DNA from: Candidatus Heimdallarchaeota archaeon
GTDB taxonomy: Archaea; Asgardarchaeota; Heimdallarchaeia; Heimdallarchaeales; Heimdallarchaeaceae
Assembly (NCBI GenBank): GCA_019057815.1
Contig: JAHLWR010000005.1
Span: 130,829 to 194,828, forward strand
Direction of reading: 5' to 3'
DNA length: 64,000 nt
Below are positions 21,195-31,928 of the stretch, piece after piece (position 1 is the stretch's first letter; every line of letters begins with the position of its first letter). Under the pieces are notes generated by a model. It saw nothing but the letters and a program-made list of their open reading frames with translations. It ran no database searches and was not told where the DNA came from. Made by a program: the position numbers and the translations under genes.

Positions 21195-22442
21195 ATGCGT
21201 AAAGAACTATTTGCACTTCTAGTAGTACTCACTGTAGTATGCAATTGTAGTAGTTTAGTATTAGGTGGTTCTGTGGAGGAAATAGAAATTATAAGTGTTA
21301 AAGTACTTGAAAGCTTTAACCATGCCGATTTTTTCATTTCTGGAATCGCATTACCAATAGGTTTTCAAGTTTGGTGTAATGGTAATGAAGTAACAGAAAA
21401 ATGCGAAATCGATAGTTCGCGTGTTTTATTTAGTAATGAACGCATTCTAATCGTTCCCTTGCCAAAGTTAGTTGGTACTTACAATATAACTATATTATTT
21501 TACGATCGAAGATCGTCAGTAATTTTCACAGAATTTGTAGATGTGTTAAGCATAGAAACTGAAATAGACTGGATGCTAACGGGGATTGTTTTTGGTTCAT
21601 TGATTTTTTTTATCGTTATTGGATCTCTATTTGTGCCAAAAAGCTGGATGGATCATGCTGAATCAAAACACAGTGAAATGAAGAATAAAATCTTCATTGC
21701 GTTATTCATTTCAATAGCTTTATTCGCCTATACTGCTCTGAATCCTTATTTTAATTATCCCCAAATAATTAACTTCTTTTGGTGTGAAGTATATCGTGAT
21801 GTAGATTACTTTTCGCGTGCAGCTTTGTATCTAGCCATAGTCGGTTTTTCATATCATTCATTACGTTATGCATTGGGTAAAGAAAAGAAAAGGAATTCCA
21901 AACCTAAAACTCAATCACTGACGAAATTTCAATATTTCTTCCGATCTGTGATAGGAGGAAAGGATTCTATCAATGATGAAATCATCAAGGAAAGACGACC
22001 TTCATTTGCAGCTTTGGCAAAAATAAGCTTGATTGTTATGTTGTTCTTCACTACCAGAATACTTATGTTAATGCTTTTTAGCACACTCTACAAGTATTTT
22101 CCTAAGAATTTTATGTTAGTTACTAGGGACAATATACCAAACCATTCAGTTTTTTCATGGATTAATCTTATTTGTCAAATCCTTTCCATTGTTTTCCTTA
22201 TTTGTTGTTTTATAAGTATAGCAAAGTTTTCCTTTGCTACTCTACATAATCTAAATCAACTCTCCACCGAAACATCAGATACCCTCAACAAAGAGGAGTA
22301 TAAAACAAAAACTTTTGAAGAAGAGGAACATAAAATAGATATAAAAAAGAAAACTTCTCCCTTTTCTCTTCGTTGGTTTATTCTATCAATGATTTTTTAC
22401 GTTTTGTACTTCGGTTTTGCTAAACTTACTGAATTAACATAG
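21195..22442 (+). CDS. Hypothetical multi-pass membrane protein with N-terminal signal
   Basis: Signal-like N-terminus and about 6 TM segments. Confidence 0.7.
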   Translation: MRKELFALLVVLTVVCNCSSLVLGGSVEEIEIISVKVLESFNHADFFISGIALPIGFQVWCNGNEVTEKCEIDSSRVLFSNERILIVPLPKLVGTYNITILFYDRRSSVIFTEFVDVLSIETEIDWMLTGIVFGSLIFFIVIGSLFVPKSWMDHAESKHSEMKNKIFIALFISIALFAYTALNPYFNYPQIINFFWCEVYRDVDYFSRAALYLAIVGFSYHSLRYALGKEKKRNSKPKTQSLTKFQYFFRSVIGGKDSINDEIIKERRPSFAALAKISLIVMLFFTTRILMLMLFSTLYKYFPKNFMLVTRDNIPNHSVFSWINLICQILSIVFLICCFISIAKFSFATLHNLNQLSTETSDTLNKEEYKTKTFEEEEHKIDIKKKTSPFSLRWFILSMIFYVLYFGFAKLTELT

Positions 22443-22811
22443 ATATTAGTCTCTAGCTTAATAACATAAAATAACCTACTCCTACACCTAAAGGGCATAA
22501 TTTTTCAATTATGATGAAATTTAGGTATATGAACACTCTAAAAGTTATTCCGGATGCAAAAATGGATTACTAACAATTTCAACCAATAATGCAAAAAAAG
22601 TGAGAATATCGAATATTCTATACAATATTTACCCTTTTAGATTTCCTTAAATATAAAGTCCTTCATAAAAAGCATAGGTAAAATTTGTATGTGCACCTAA
22701 TAAATTGCATACGCAAAGATGGCCCGACTCTATAGGTGGTTTTGAATTGCTTATTTCTCTTTTAATTGCTTTTTATATCCATAATAAGCAATTTTAATCG
22801 CTTTTCTATTT

Positions 22812-23582
22812 TCAACCCATCAATTTTGATGATAAATTCTCAATAAAATGTATAATCCAAGCCTCATTACATTTTGGAACAACTGGTGAACCCCATTCTG
22901 GTAAATAGTGGTGGCTTGCAATAATATGGATTATTTTATCTAATTTTTCAGACACAATATTCTGAGAAACAACCTTGATACCATTTACAATATGATTCTG
23001 TTCAATATAGATTTGTGTCCTTAAAATCGCTTCATTTTCGATTTGGTAGCAATTAATTTTACCTATATCATGAAGAATAATACCTGCTATTATTAAATCC
23101 TTATCTACCAAAATATCTTCATCTAGATTCTCAACAACCAATAAAGTAAGTTTCAATACTTGAACTGTGTGTTCTAATAACCCTCCGCGATATCCATGAT
23201 GAAAGTTTAATGAAGCAGGCGCTTCAAAAAATAATTCGTTCCCAGCAAAATAATCTTTCATTGAAGTTTTCAAAGAATCTTCTTCTACTAAATCTAATAA
23301 CTGGTTGAATTCTTTTTTCAATTCATTAATATCCTTAGATGGTTCAGTTTTAAACTTGATTGTTTCTAGTATATTAACACCTTCGTAATCAATATGCCAT
23401 AGATAAGTCTTGTTAAATGTCAATTTGAAAGTGTTTCTAAAATACTCCTTCAATTTTGGATGTTTATTGAGCAAATATGCCGGATTTTCAATAAGTCGAA
23501 TAATTTCTCCTTCTTTTTTAAATTCAAATCCAATAGGATTATATTTTCTATTTAATCTTGCTATGTTTTCATCTAAATACAT
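22812..23582 (-). CDS. HD-domain protein, YhaM/Cbf1-like
   Basis: APASLNFHHGYRGGLLEHT...LHDIGK...HIIASHH...WGSP. Confidence 0.8.
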   Translation of the reverse strand: MYLDENIARLNRKYNPIGFEFKKEGEIIRLIENPAYLLNKHPKLKEYFRNTFKLTFNKTYLWHIDYEGVNILETIKFKTEPSKDINELKKEFNQLLDLVEEDSLKTSMKDYFAGNELFFEAPASLNFHHGYRGGLLEHTVQVLKLTLLVVENLDEDILVDKDLIIAGIILHDIGKINCYQIENEAILRTQIYIEQNHIVNGIKVVSQNIVSEKLDKIIHIIASHHYLPEWGSPVVPKCNEAWIIHFIENLSSKLMG

Positions 23583-24362
23583 GATAATACCTCCTGATCT
23601 ATTTCGTTAAATAACTTTAATTCAATTATTCTATTTAATTCTTTAGCTATTTCGATTTTCAATTCCTTTCTTTCCACTTACAAAGAATTCTTAGAATTAC
23701 TTCACGAAACTAGAATTGAGACAGAAGAAATCAGAAAATAAAAAAGTAGTTTAAAAGCTTTGAAGAACTATTACCAGGCAAAATACCAGGTCACAGTCTA
23801 CAAAAATTTCAGATACTGTCAATGAAGAGATACATGAAATTTCTACTTTACAAGAGAAAAAAAATAAAACAGATATTTTTAATGGAGAAATACATAAAAA
23901 AAAAATAAAAAAGATTTCTTCTCTCTTTTCTATTCGTAGGTTTCTTTTATCAGTAATTTTCTTTACCTTGTATTTTGGTTGTATTAAATTAACTGAATTG
24001 TTTTGAGCTTCTGTCTCTAGCTTATCAATATTGAATAGGTTAATCAATAAAAATTGTTTTTAGACATACATTAAGAGAATTTTATTACTACATTTCATAT
24101 TTTTCTCCTTGCTTATAAATGAGTTCTAACATAAGCGGGTAAATACAAAAGATTGAAGAGAATTAAGAATGTGAATTTTCTTCTTTCTTGCGGTTTTGGT
24201 AAAGATAGGTGAAAGTCACTGAAAACGAAGATTGAGCAATTAAGAGAAGATTCAAGGAAAAGAAGTGAAGTATTTTCTTTCTTTATATCTATTCTTAAAA
24301 AACATATATCACAAAAAGAAGCGAAAAAGAGAAAAACTTCATTTCAGATTAAAATCTTCATA

Positions 24363-27300
24363 TTGTTGATACTTGTATCCATGATTTTCCAAAGAGTTAA
24401 CGCTGAAGAACATTCTAATTCCTATCTGGAAAATTCCGCTATAACTCTCCTTCCCCAAGATATTGTTTTTGAGTATAACTCAACCTTTAGCAATCAATCT
24501 TTTACTGTTGAACTCTCTCACATTGAACTTGATGTTTTTAACTGCTTTAATCTCTTTTTCAAACAAGAAGGGGATAAAACCGATGGATCATTAAAAGTTG
24601 TCTTTCTATTCGATGGTGCGGGGATTGAATTTATAATCTCACGTTTATATCAAGACCAACAAGAACATAATTTGACGCAAGCATTTGTTTATCCAGTTAA
24701 ATTCAACGGAACAATGAATCTGACAATAACTTGTGAAGGTCAAACATCTTATTTTCATTCAGGTTCATTACAAATATTTTGCACAACAGCAATCAAAGCA
24801 GTTGAAATTCCTTTTTTATCAGATACAACCACTGCTCTTCCTACTGTCCCCAATTCTTTATCCTTTGGAGGAAGCATTGCATCGCCCGTGTTTAGGAGTA
24901 TGATGACTGCGTTTTATAACGCGAAAGAATTAGATAAACTTAATGTCTCACTTTCCTTTTCTTCAAATTCCTTTACAGCTTTCTCGCAATATATTGAAGT
25001 TGAACTCAACAATCAAGTTGTAGTAACAGAAGAATTTGATGATGGAATAACGACTACTTTAACCTTTATTCTTCCAATAGATACCGGCTTAAACTTTCTT
25101 TCCTTCCATTTTGTTGTTAGTAAGAGCGTTGATACTTTTCATTTTACAGACATTCAAATAGGTGGATTTATCTTCTCATTTGAAGATTCCCTTCCAGAGA
25201 ACATTCTAAGTTATAACCATTGGGAAGGAGATGAAATAAACTATACTTTTGATCTTTCCATATTGAAACCTGTTGCAAGCAACAATCATCAACAGACATT
25301 ATATATAGAATTGAATTATGGATGTTTAGGTTCAATAATTTCTCCAGCTTATTATGAGCTTTACTCAGGAATAGAAATCTATTCTGGAGAACTGACAGAA
25401 AGTGAGCAGAGTCAATCACAAACTATAGAAATTAACACTTATACAACTACTTATGATGTTCCTTTGCTATTTAGAATTCATGGCTCAGTAGAAGGAGAAG
25501 GAATATTTTTCATTTTCAATACTAGCACAATAGAAATAAAACCTATTCTCGAATTTACAGATGAAGCAACTGAACAGTTTGAGAGTGTGTTTACCAAAGA
25601 AGAAATAATTCCTTCTTCTATTTCTGAAACCGTTACCCGTACTTACTTTGATGTATTTGATACTACGTCTTATGTAACTAGATGCGATCTCTGGTTATCA
25701 CTTATTTTGTTCACCGAAACTTATTTTCCTGTTGAACAGATTGATATTAATCTAAGAGTTGACAATCAAAAATTATTCTTTGGCAGTATCAAGGATAGAA
25801 TGGAGATTAATATTACTAAAGAATTAACGATTCTTCGAGGATATCACGAGGTAGAGTTAACGCTTGTAATCTATATGAGCGGGACAGCGATTACCTTACA
25901 GAATGTTCGATATACCCTCATTCCTTCCACAATTGTTGGGTTTCCAACTTATAGCAATCCTGTCAATGATGAAACTAGTGAACCAAAGAATGCTATTAAC
26001 CCCTCAAAACCTCTTTTTATGGGTATTGAATATGGGGTTGATTGTTTAATGATTGTATTTTTTATTTGGCACTTTTTCAGTAAAAAAAAGGAGAGAAAAG
26101 AGGATTTGATGGAAGGAGGAGAGATAGTTGAGCTACAAATGGAAGGCTATAACTTGCATCGAGGACACTATTCTAATTTTAGAAGAAGTGTCAAAGGTTG
26201 GAGACTTGAAAAGAATATATCTATATTGAAAACAATATTATTACCTATTAGTCTATTTTATCTAACAGGCAAAGTAGTTGTTCTCAATTTTCTAACAGAT
26301 CAAATGAATATAATAGCAACAAATGGAATATTTGAGCTTAAGTCTCCTTCACTCAGTTGGGGGTATCTAAGTTTCGCAGTTTGTGTATATTTATCAACCC
26401 TTGAGTTATTCTGCATTTTCGTTCTTGTTACTCGTTCTACCTTTTATGAAGATTATTTTGATGCGATAAAACTCTTAGGAAAACTCTTAACGTTTCCTTT
26501 TATTATTTCATGGATTTTACTCTTTCTATATATTTCCCGTAACACACATAGTTTCTCAATCTGGAATACAGGTCTCCTTTTCCTTTGTTTTCTTATTATG
26601 CACTTTTTCACTAAAAAATTAGGAAAAGCGATTATAAAAAAACATGAGTTTGTCTTCTATAATTTCAAGAAAACGGGAAGGATGAAAGTAAAGTTATTAA
26701 AAAACGAATCTTACCCCCCATCCCTTAACCCTTTAAATCCACTAGGGAACTCTTCTATTTCTTCTGGTAAATGGAGTGAAAAAGAACGTGAGAAGTACAA
26801 AATGCTCTTGTTTACTACCATAGTCTATAAGATTCGTCCAAATGTTCCTGTAAGTCCTCATCGTCTTGCTGATCTTGCTGATATTCCTATAGAACTCATA
26901 GAAAAACTTCTTCTTGAACTTTGCAACAACAATCCTGCTCTTGGAAAATATTACCATACTGAACAAGTTTTCATCCGTCACTTAGATTCGAATAAAGAAG
27001 CACTTGATTTGAGAAATACCTCTCAAAGACAAAATGATGAAAACAATGAAGACAATTACCACACAACAAAACACGAAATAATGCCAAGCAGCAAAAATTC
27101 GTTTCGTTATCCCAATACTGAAGCAAGGAATAATACAAATGAAGTAAAGCCACCTATGAAATTGGAAGAACAATCATCCTTATCCAATTCCAAAACGTTA
27201 GTTTTTTATTCTAAAATAAAATATCAATTCAAATCATATTTCACAAAAGATGTCCTTGAACATGTAAAAATTTACGGTACACTTCCTTTCGTAACACAAA

Positions 27301-27494
27301 TAGTGCTTAGTTTATTTCTCTTTCTCCCAATTTTTTTCCTTTCTTGCAAAATTTTCTTCTATAATCCATGGATTAATATTATCTTTACTATTATTGGTGT
27401 ATTTCTTCTCATTGAGCTGATTAACATAATATTAAGATATATCGTAAGATATGACAAAAAGGGATGTACAATAGAACAAGCAATGATGAAGTGA
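24363..27494 (+). CDS. Large membrane protein: extracellular beta-rich region, multi-TM core, cytoplasmic winged-helix-like segment
   Basis: 1043 aa; ~540 aa beta-rich N-terminus, several TMs, RLADLADIPIELIEKLLLEL...LGKYYHTEQVF. Confidence 0.7.
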   Translation: MLILVSMIFQRVNAEEHSNSYLENSAITLLPQDIVFEYNSTFSNQSFTVELSHIELDVFNCFNLFFKQEGDKTDGSLKVVFLFDGAGIEFIISRLYQDQQEHNLTQAFVYPVKFNGTMNLTITCEGQTSYFHSGSLQIFCTTAIKAVEIPFLSDTTTALPTVPNSLSFGGSIASPVFRSMMTAFYNAKELDKLNVSLSFSSNSFTAFSQYIEVELNNQVVVTEEFDDGITTTLTFILPIDTGLNFLSFHFVVSKSVDTFHFTDIQIGGFIFSFEDSLPENILSYNHWEGDEINYTFDLSILKPVASNNHQQTLYIELNYGCLGSIISPAYYELYSGIEIYSGELTESEQSQSQTIEINTYTTTYDVPLLFRIHGSVEGEGIFFIFNTSTIEIKPILEFTDEATEQFESVFTKEEIIPSSISETVTRTYFDVFDTTSYVTRCDLWLSLILFTETYFPVEQIDINLRVDNQKLFFGSIKDRMEINITKELTILRGYHEVELTLVIYMSGTAITLQNVRYTLIPSTIVGFPTYSNPVNDETSEPKNAINPSKPLFMGIEYGVDCLMIVFFIWHFFSKKKERKEDLMEGGEIVELQMEGYNLHRGHYSNFRRSVKGWRLEKNISILKTILLPISLFYLTGKVVVLNFLTDQMNIIATNGIFELKSPSLSWGYLSFAVCVYLSTLELFCIFVLVTRSTFYEDYFDAIKLLGKLLTFPFIISWILLFLYISRNTHSFSIWNTGLLFLCFLIMHFFTKKLGKAIIKKHEFVFYNFKKTGRMKVKLLKNESYPPSLNPLNPLGNSSISSGKWSEKEREKYKMLLFTTIVYKIRPNVPVSPHRLADLADIPIELIEKLLLELCNNNPALGKYYHTEQVFIRHLDSNKEALDLRNTSQRQNDENNEDNYHTTKHEIMPSSKNSFRYPNTEARNNTNEVKPPMKLEEQSSLSNSKTLVFYSKIKYQFKSYFTKDVLEHVKIYGTLPFVTQIVLSLFLFLPIFFLSCKIFFYNPWINIIFTIIGVFLLIELINIILRYIVRYDKKGCTIEQAMMK

Positions 27495-27657
27495 GTGAAA
27501 ATGAATATAGTCGCTCTATTCTAGAAGCTGATCCTTTGGAAGCTTTATCAGAAGTTGGTTGGAATAGAGAAAAATTTCTTAAAAGAGGAGGGATTTATGA
27601 TTGGTAAAGGAAAGTGATTTCTTAGTTCTTATAAATTATTTTCTAGTTCCTTGCTTT

Positions 27658-28062
27658 CTAACTAAATAGTATTTTTGTTATTGTTTTATAAATAAATTGG
27701 ATAGTTTGATATAGGTAATGACCATAAGTTCTATTTTTGAAATTATCTCCTGCTACTTCTTTAGAAATTTTTGTTCCGAAGGTTATTACTTCCCATAATA
27801 CTTTGTGTATTTCCATTTCCAATTGCTGTATATCTTGAAAATATTCATTAATCCTTTCCTTTAAAGATAGAGCTTTGAACGAAACTCCGATGATTATAGG
27901 TGTTTGTTGTAGATGAGGTATTTTCCTTTGTAAGAAGCTGTTCCATCTGTAGTTAAAGAAATCAAATCTATCAAAACACAATTCTGAATTTCTTATTTCT
28001 TTCAATTCTTCTTTGAATTTCATTATCATTTTTATTACCTTTTTTTTCTTGTTCATTTGCAT
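27658..28062 (-). CDS. Hypothetical protein
   Basis: ORF track only. Confidence 0.45.
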   Translation of the reverse strand: MQMNKKKKVIKMIMKFKEELKEIRNSELCFDRFDFFNYRWNSFLQRKIPHLQQTPIIIGVSFKALSLKERINEYFQDIQQLEMEIHKVLWEVITFGTKISKEVAGDNFKNRTYGHYLYQTIQFIYKTITKILFS

Positions 28063-28283
28063 TCAATAAAGTTTATAGACAAGAAGTATATAAGGAAGTA
28101 AATCTTTTTGAATTTCTTAATTAGACATCAAAAAATGGTCAAAAATGGCAAATTAGAATATTATAAATGTTGAAATATAACTATGTTTGTAGTTATAATG
28201 AGTGTTAAGATTGCCAAGGATAAAGAAAGAAAGACAAAAAAGAATTATTAATAGTTTTAGAAGATATTAAAGGTTATGTTAAT

Positions 28284-28559
28284 TTGGATTTTACTCATAT
28301 AAATGAAGAAATTTGTAAAATAAAACTCAAGTTACATATACCTGGATCAAAAATGATTCTTTGCTTAAGATGTGGAGAGATTGGTACTGGTAAACAGATG
28401 TTATTAAAACTCGCTAATAATCATTTCCACTTTTGTAAAAAAACAGACATAATAATTGATGTTCCATGCTCTATATATGTAAGAACTTCATATTTAAGGA
28501 TTGAAAAAGTTTTAGCAAAACAAAATAAAGTCAGACGAATATCATTTATTAAAATATGA
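28284..28559 (+). CDS. Small hypothetical protein with CxxC/HxxC
   Basis: CLRCG...HFHFC. Confidence 0.4.
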   Translation: MDFTHINEEICKIKLKLHIPGSKMILCLRCGEIGTGKQMLLKLANNHFHFCKKTDIIIDVPCSIYVRTSYLRIEKVLAKQNKVRRISFIKI

Positions 28560-28593
28560 AAATTTGAATGATGATACTAAAATCTGTGTATCA

Positions 28594-28852
28594 CATGGAG
28601 AGTTTACTGAGGGACAACCACTTGTGCGGTTGCAAAATAGGTAGGTGATAAAGACTACACTATCTTGAAACAGTTCAGTGAGGCACCAAAGGGCTACTCT
28701 AAGTTGCGGAATAGGTAAGTGATGAAGACTACACTATCTCTACTTATATTTGTTTAAATTCGTATAGAAACCAGTGGAAAAAAAGAGTTAGTTTTTATTC
28801 TTCTTCTACGTCGCCATTTATGTAGTTAGAACGCTTATGGCAAGATCAGTCA
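28594..28852. repeat. ~190-260 bp dispersed non-coding repeat, copy 1 (internal 37 bp duplication at 28629..28665 / 28703..28739)
   Basis: gagagtttactgagg.acaa.cacttgtg..gttgc.aaa.aggtaagtgatgaaga...cactatctctac...tgtttaaattc...tatggcaagat.agtca shared with 30118..30302. Confidence 0.85.
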
Positions 28853-28959
28853 TCTTTGTTCAGCGGTGAATAAAACAATTTCAATAAGAATAACCTGGAA
28901 TGATGAATTTTCTGAAAATAGCAGCTTAAAAGCAGTGAAACAATTCAATAATATAAGAT

Positions 28960-29193
28960 GTGGTGCAAATTATTCCGTTTGATGCAGGAAATGACATAAT
29001 GGAACTTATTGTGAATATCCTTAAAATGGTTATATATTACATAGGAAAGTGCGGGATTTTTTTTGGTATCACAATAATTAGCGAAAAGGTTTGTAAAACA
29101 ATACTATACAGAGACCAAAGAAATCTAAGAAAAATTGGAAAGGGAGTTGCAATTCTGCTTATTTCACTAATTGTTTTCATAATCGTTACTTAA
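28960..29193 (+). CDS. Small 2-TM hypothetical membrane protein
   Basis: Two hydrophobic segments. Confidence 0.45.
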   Translation: MVQIIPFDAGNDIMELIVNILKMVIYYIGKCGIFFGITIISEKVCKTILYRDQRNLRKIGKGVAILLISLIVFIIVT

Positions 29194-29284
29194 AAACAAG
29201 AAAATAACAATGGTGCATAGTTGGTTATAGAAAAAACTTATCATATACTAAAAATAATCAATATTTGAGTAATTTTGAGGTGAG

Positions 29285-29914
29285 TTGGTGTTACAAGGAC
29301 TATTCAAAGGAATTAAAACACCTCGAGGTATAACCCACATAGCTGGCCCTCCAAATTCAGGAAAGACAACTTTACTTTATAATGTTTGTAGAAGTATTAA
29401 AAAAAACGAAAAGGCAATTATTTTTGATTGTGAGATGAATTTCAGCGCACAACGCTTAAAAGAAATAATAATAGACAATGAAATAAATCTTCAAAATATT
29501 ATAATAATAAGAACGCCTGAAAAAAATAGTCAATTTCTTAATATCATGAAACTCCACAATTTTTTAGCACAGATTAAATGCAGTTTTATAGCAATAAACG
29601 GTATGACGAATCATTTTCGAATACCGGATAAGGAGGATAATATGATGTTGCCTCACAAAATGCTAGCAATGCAGATGGCATATCTAAATTTAATAAGCAA
29701 AAAACTAAGAACGCCAATATTACTTACAAACCAAGTTTTGTACCGTACAATCAACAAAAGAAAAAAATTTATCCCAGTTCTAAATACTATAATTGAACAT
29801 TATTCAGATAATGCAATTATGGTAGAATTATTAAATAAAGGTATTTGGAGAGCTAAATCAAAAAACAATGAGGTACTTTACAAACTTGTTAGCACAGGAA
29901 TTGAAATTGTTTGA
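29285..29914 (+). CDS. radB: RadB-like RecA-family protein
   Basis: ITHIAGPPNSGKTT, IFDCEMNFSAQRL, PILLTNQV; Walker B degenerate (AING). Confidence 0.7.
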   Translation: MVLQGLFKGIKTPRGITHIAGPPNSGKTTLLYNVCRSIKKNEKAIIFDCEMNFSAQRLKEIIIDNEINLQNIIIIRTPEKNSQFLNIMKLHNFLAQIKCSFIAINGMTNHFRIPDKEDNMMLPHKMLAMQMAYLNLISKKLRTPILLTNQVLYRTINKRKKFIPVLNTIIEHYSDNAIMVELLNKGIWRAKSKNNEVLYKLVSTGIEIV

Positions 29915-30117
29915 AATAAAAGAGGAAGAATAAAAAATATGCTTTTGTTCAGTTTTACGCACATTATGAAACTTGGTTAGACTTGCCAGAGGTTTTTTAA
30001 CCGCCGTTTGAAGGGGGTTTCACCCTTGACCCCTCACGTGCGTTGAGGGGTAATCATGAAGACTTTTCCATTGTAGTTAGTGTTTTATCAACACAAAACT
30101 AGCTAGGTTCCCTGTTT

Positions 30118-30302
30118 CATAGAGAGTTTACTGAGGAACAATCACTTGTGGAGTTGCGAAACAGGTAAGTGATGAAGATCGCACTATCTCTACCTCTATA
30201 TGTTTAAATTCACATATAAATCCGTAGAAAAAAAGATTTTATTTTTCCTCTACCTTTACATCTCCTCTTATGCTGTTAAAGCGTGTATGGCAAGATTAGT
30301 CA
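30118..30302. repeat. Dispersed non-coding repeat, copy 2, preceded by GC-rich hairpins (~30010-30106)
   Basis: Aligns with 28594..28852. Confidence 0.85.
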
Positions 30303-30310
30303 GTTTTTTA

Positions 30311-30739
30311 TTACCCCGTTTTACGGTTAAATAATACCATAATTGTAACATACCATATAATGACTAGAATAGCTGCTAAAAATTCAAGTTTTTGTGCGGT
30401 GTTGACATCAAAAGCAAATTTTGTCGCATAATCGAATAAATATAAACTTAGAGCGGCAAAAGCAAAAATAAAACCAGCAACCAGTCCTTCTATAAGATAT
30501 TGATGATGTGGATATGGAGAAACAAAGACAGGGTTATTACCAGATTGACCAATAGCTATGAGAGTATCTTTATTCACTATATCATAAGCTCCACCGCTGA
30601 AAATATAGAATACAATAGCATATATCACAATATATAGAAAACTTCTAGGTATCCTTGTGGGTATTCTGAAAGAAATTTGACGCAAACTGAAAGTGGGTCT
30701 ACGAATTCCCGGAAATATCCAAGGTAATTTGCTAGGCAT
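30311..30739 (-). CDS. Oligosaccharyltransferase accessory subunit, OSTC/DC2-like (OST3/OST6 family)
   Basis: FYIFSGGAYDIV...HQYLIEGLVAGFIF matches the eukaryotic OSTC pattern YFLITGGIIYDVI...GQYIMEGLASSFLF; 3 TMs. Confidence 0.75.
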   Translation of the reverse strand: MPSKLPWIFPGIRRPTFSLRQISFRIPTRIPRSFLYIVIYAIVFYIFSGGAYDIVNKDTLIAIGQSGNNPVFVSPYPHHQYLIEGLVAGFIFAFAALSLYLFDYATKFAFDVNTAQKLEFLAAILVIIWYVTIMVLFNRKTG

Positions 30740-30947
30740 ATTTATCTATCGTTCAAAGAATTAAATACTATTTTAAAGATTTCGTACCTAGTAATAAATA
30801 ATGTTTAAAGTTGTATTAATGTGAGTTTTAAGGGGTTTTTCGCAAATTCATAGGCATTTTTTCCATCGATTTTACAACACTTTTTCCTCATAACTTGCTG
30901 AATAGCTTTCCACCATACTGTTTTTAACCATTATTGTTGGTTAACAG

Positions 30948-31709
30948 CTATTTCTTAATTATAATTTTTTTCTCCAGTGGATATACTACGATTAAATTAG
31001 GATTTTCTTTTACATGCTTCATAATATAAGTTTCAATGTTTTCATCTAAAACACCCAAAGCATTAGCTATGTCACTGAAAGATAATTCAGTTACAGTACT
31101 AATTCGCTCCTCTATATGCTTTAAGAATAGTTCTTCAAAGGAATCAGCGCTCATATAAATTGAATTGTCCTTAACAACTCCAGTAATGTTATCCTCATTG
31201 ATTAATTCCCTAACATTTGCAACTATTTGAGTTAGAGAGAGTTGCATATCATCACTTAATTCACCTAAATTACATTCCTCTTCCACATTTCTTAAAGTTG
31301 TTATTATTTTATTTTTCAAATACTGATCCGTAAAGTAATCTTTACTTCCCATTACCCCTTTTTCAATGGATTGTAAAAATGAGTTAATGATTTTAATTTT
31401 TACCGACCATTTTTCTTGAAGAATAGATAATCCAAGTGTTCCTTTGCTTTTAAGAGTGGTTTTAAGTCTAGAATATTCGCTATTTTTAATTGAAAGAAAA
31501 TGCATATATTTTACAATAAGCACGCCCTCTATTTTTTTTGAAGAAATAAAACCATCAACAACAAGTAGTCTTTTTCTTTTTGAAACCTTGCTTGGGATAC
31601 TTTTTAAATCAACAAATTTCTTTAATTCTACTTCTTCTTTGAAAAGTTGAATGAACCTAGTTTCTTCACTCTTGAAAAAGCCTAACAATTTCCTCAGAAA
31701 TGCACTCAT
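30948..31709 (-). CDS. Hypothetical protein with C-terminal winged-helix (PCI-like) repeats
   Basis: NLGELSDDMQLSLTQI...ITGVV; LSFSDIANALGV; start taken at ATG 31709. Confidence 0.5.
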   Translation of the reverse strand: MSAFLRKLLGFFKSEETRFIQLFKEEVELKKFVDLKSIPSKVSKRKRLLVVDGFISSKKIEGVLIVKYMHFLSIKNSEYSRLKTTLKSKGTLGLSILQEKWSVKIKIINSFLQSIEKGVMGSKDYFTDQYLKNKIITTLRNVEEECNLGELSDDMQLSLTQIVANVRELINEDNITGVVKDNSIYMSADSFEELFLKHIEERISTVTELSFSDIANALGVLDENIETYIMKHVKENPNLIVVYPLEKKIIIKK

Positions 31710-31928
31710 ATCTCTCGAAATAAATAATACAAGTATCTTTAAAATCTTGTGATTCAAAGAGAGGATATGCTTTTGATTAACAGATAGAAATAGTCTCTTT
31801 ACTCAAACCAAAAATACAAAAATTCTTGGTTTTAGTTGGAGAAGGCATGCATCTGTGTTAAAATAGTTTGAATTAAAGATAAAAGTGTGGAGTTTATTTA
31901 TGTAAATACAATAAAAGTATCGATACTT

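Noticed and set aside
1430-23582. Integron cassette array
   Set aside because: No integron integrase seen, genes lie in both orientations, and no repeated RYYYAAC...GTTRRRY attC structures were found
23751-24047. 98 aa ORF and the many short antisense ORFs nested in long genes (e.g. 398..652, 3133..3447, 40913..41227, 47883..48296, 63591..63824)
   Set aside because: Low-complexity or shadow ORFs opposite well-supported genes, with no motifs
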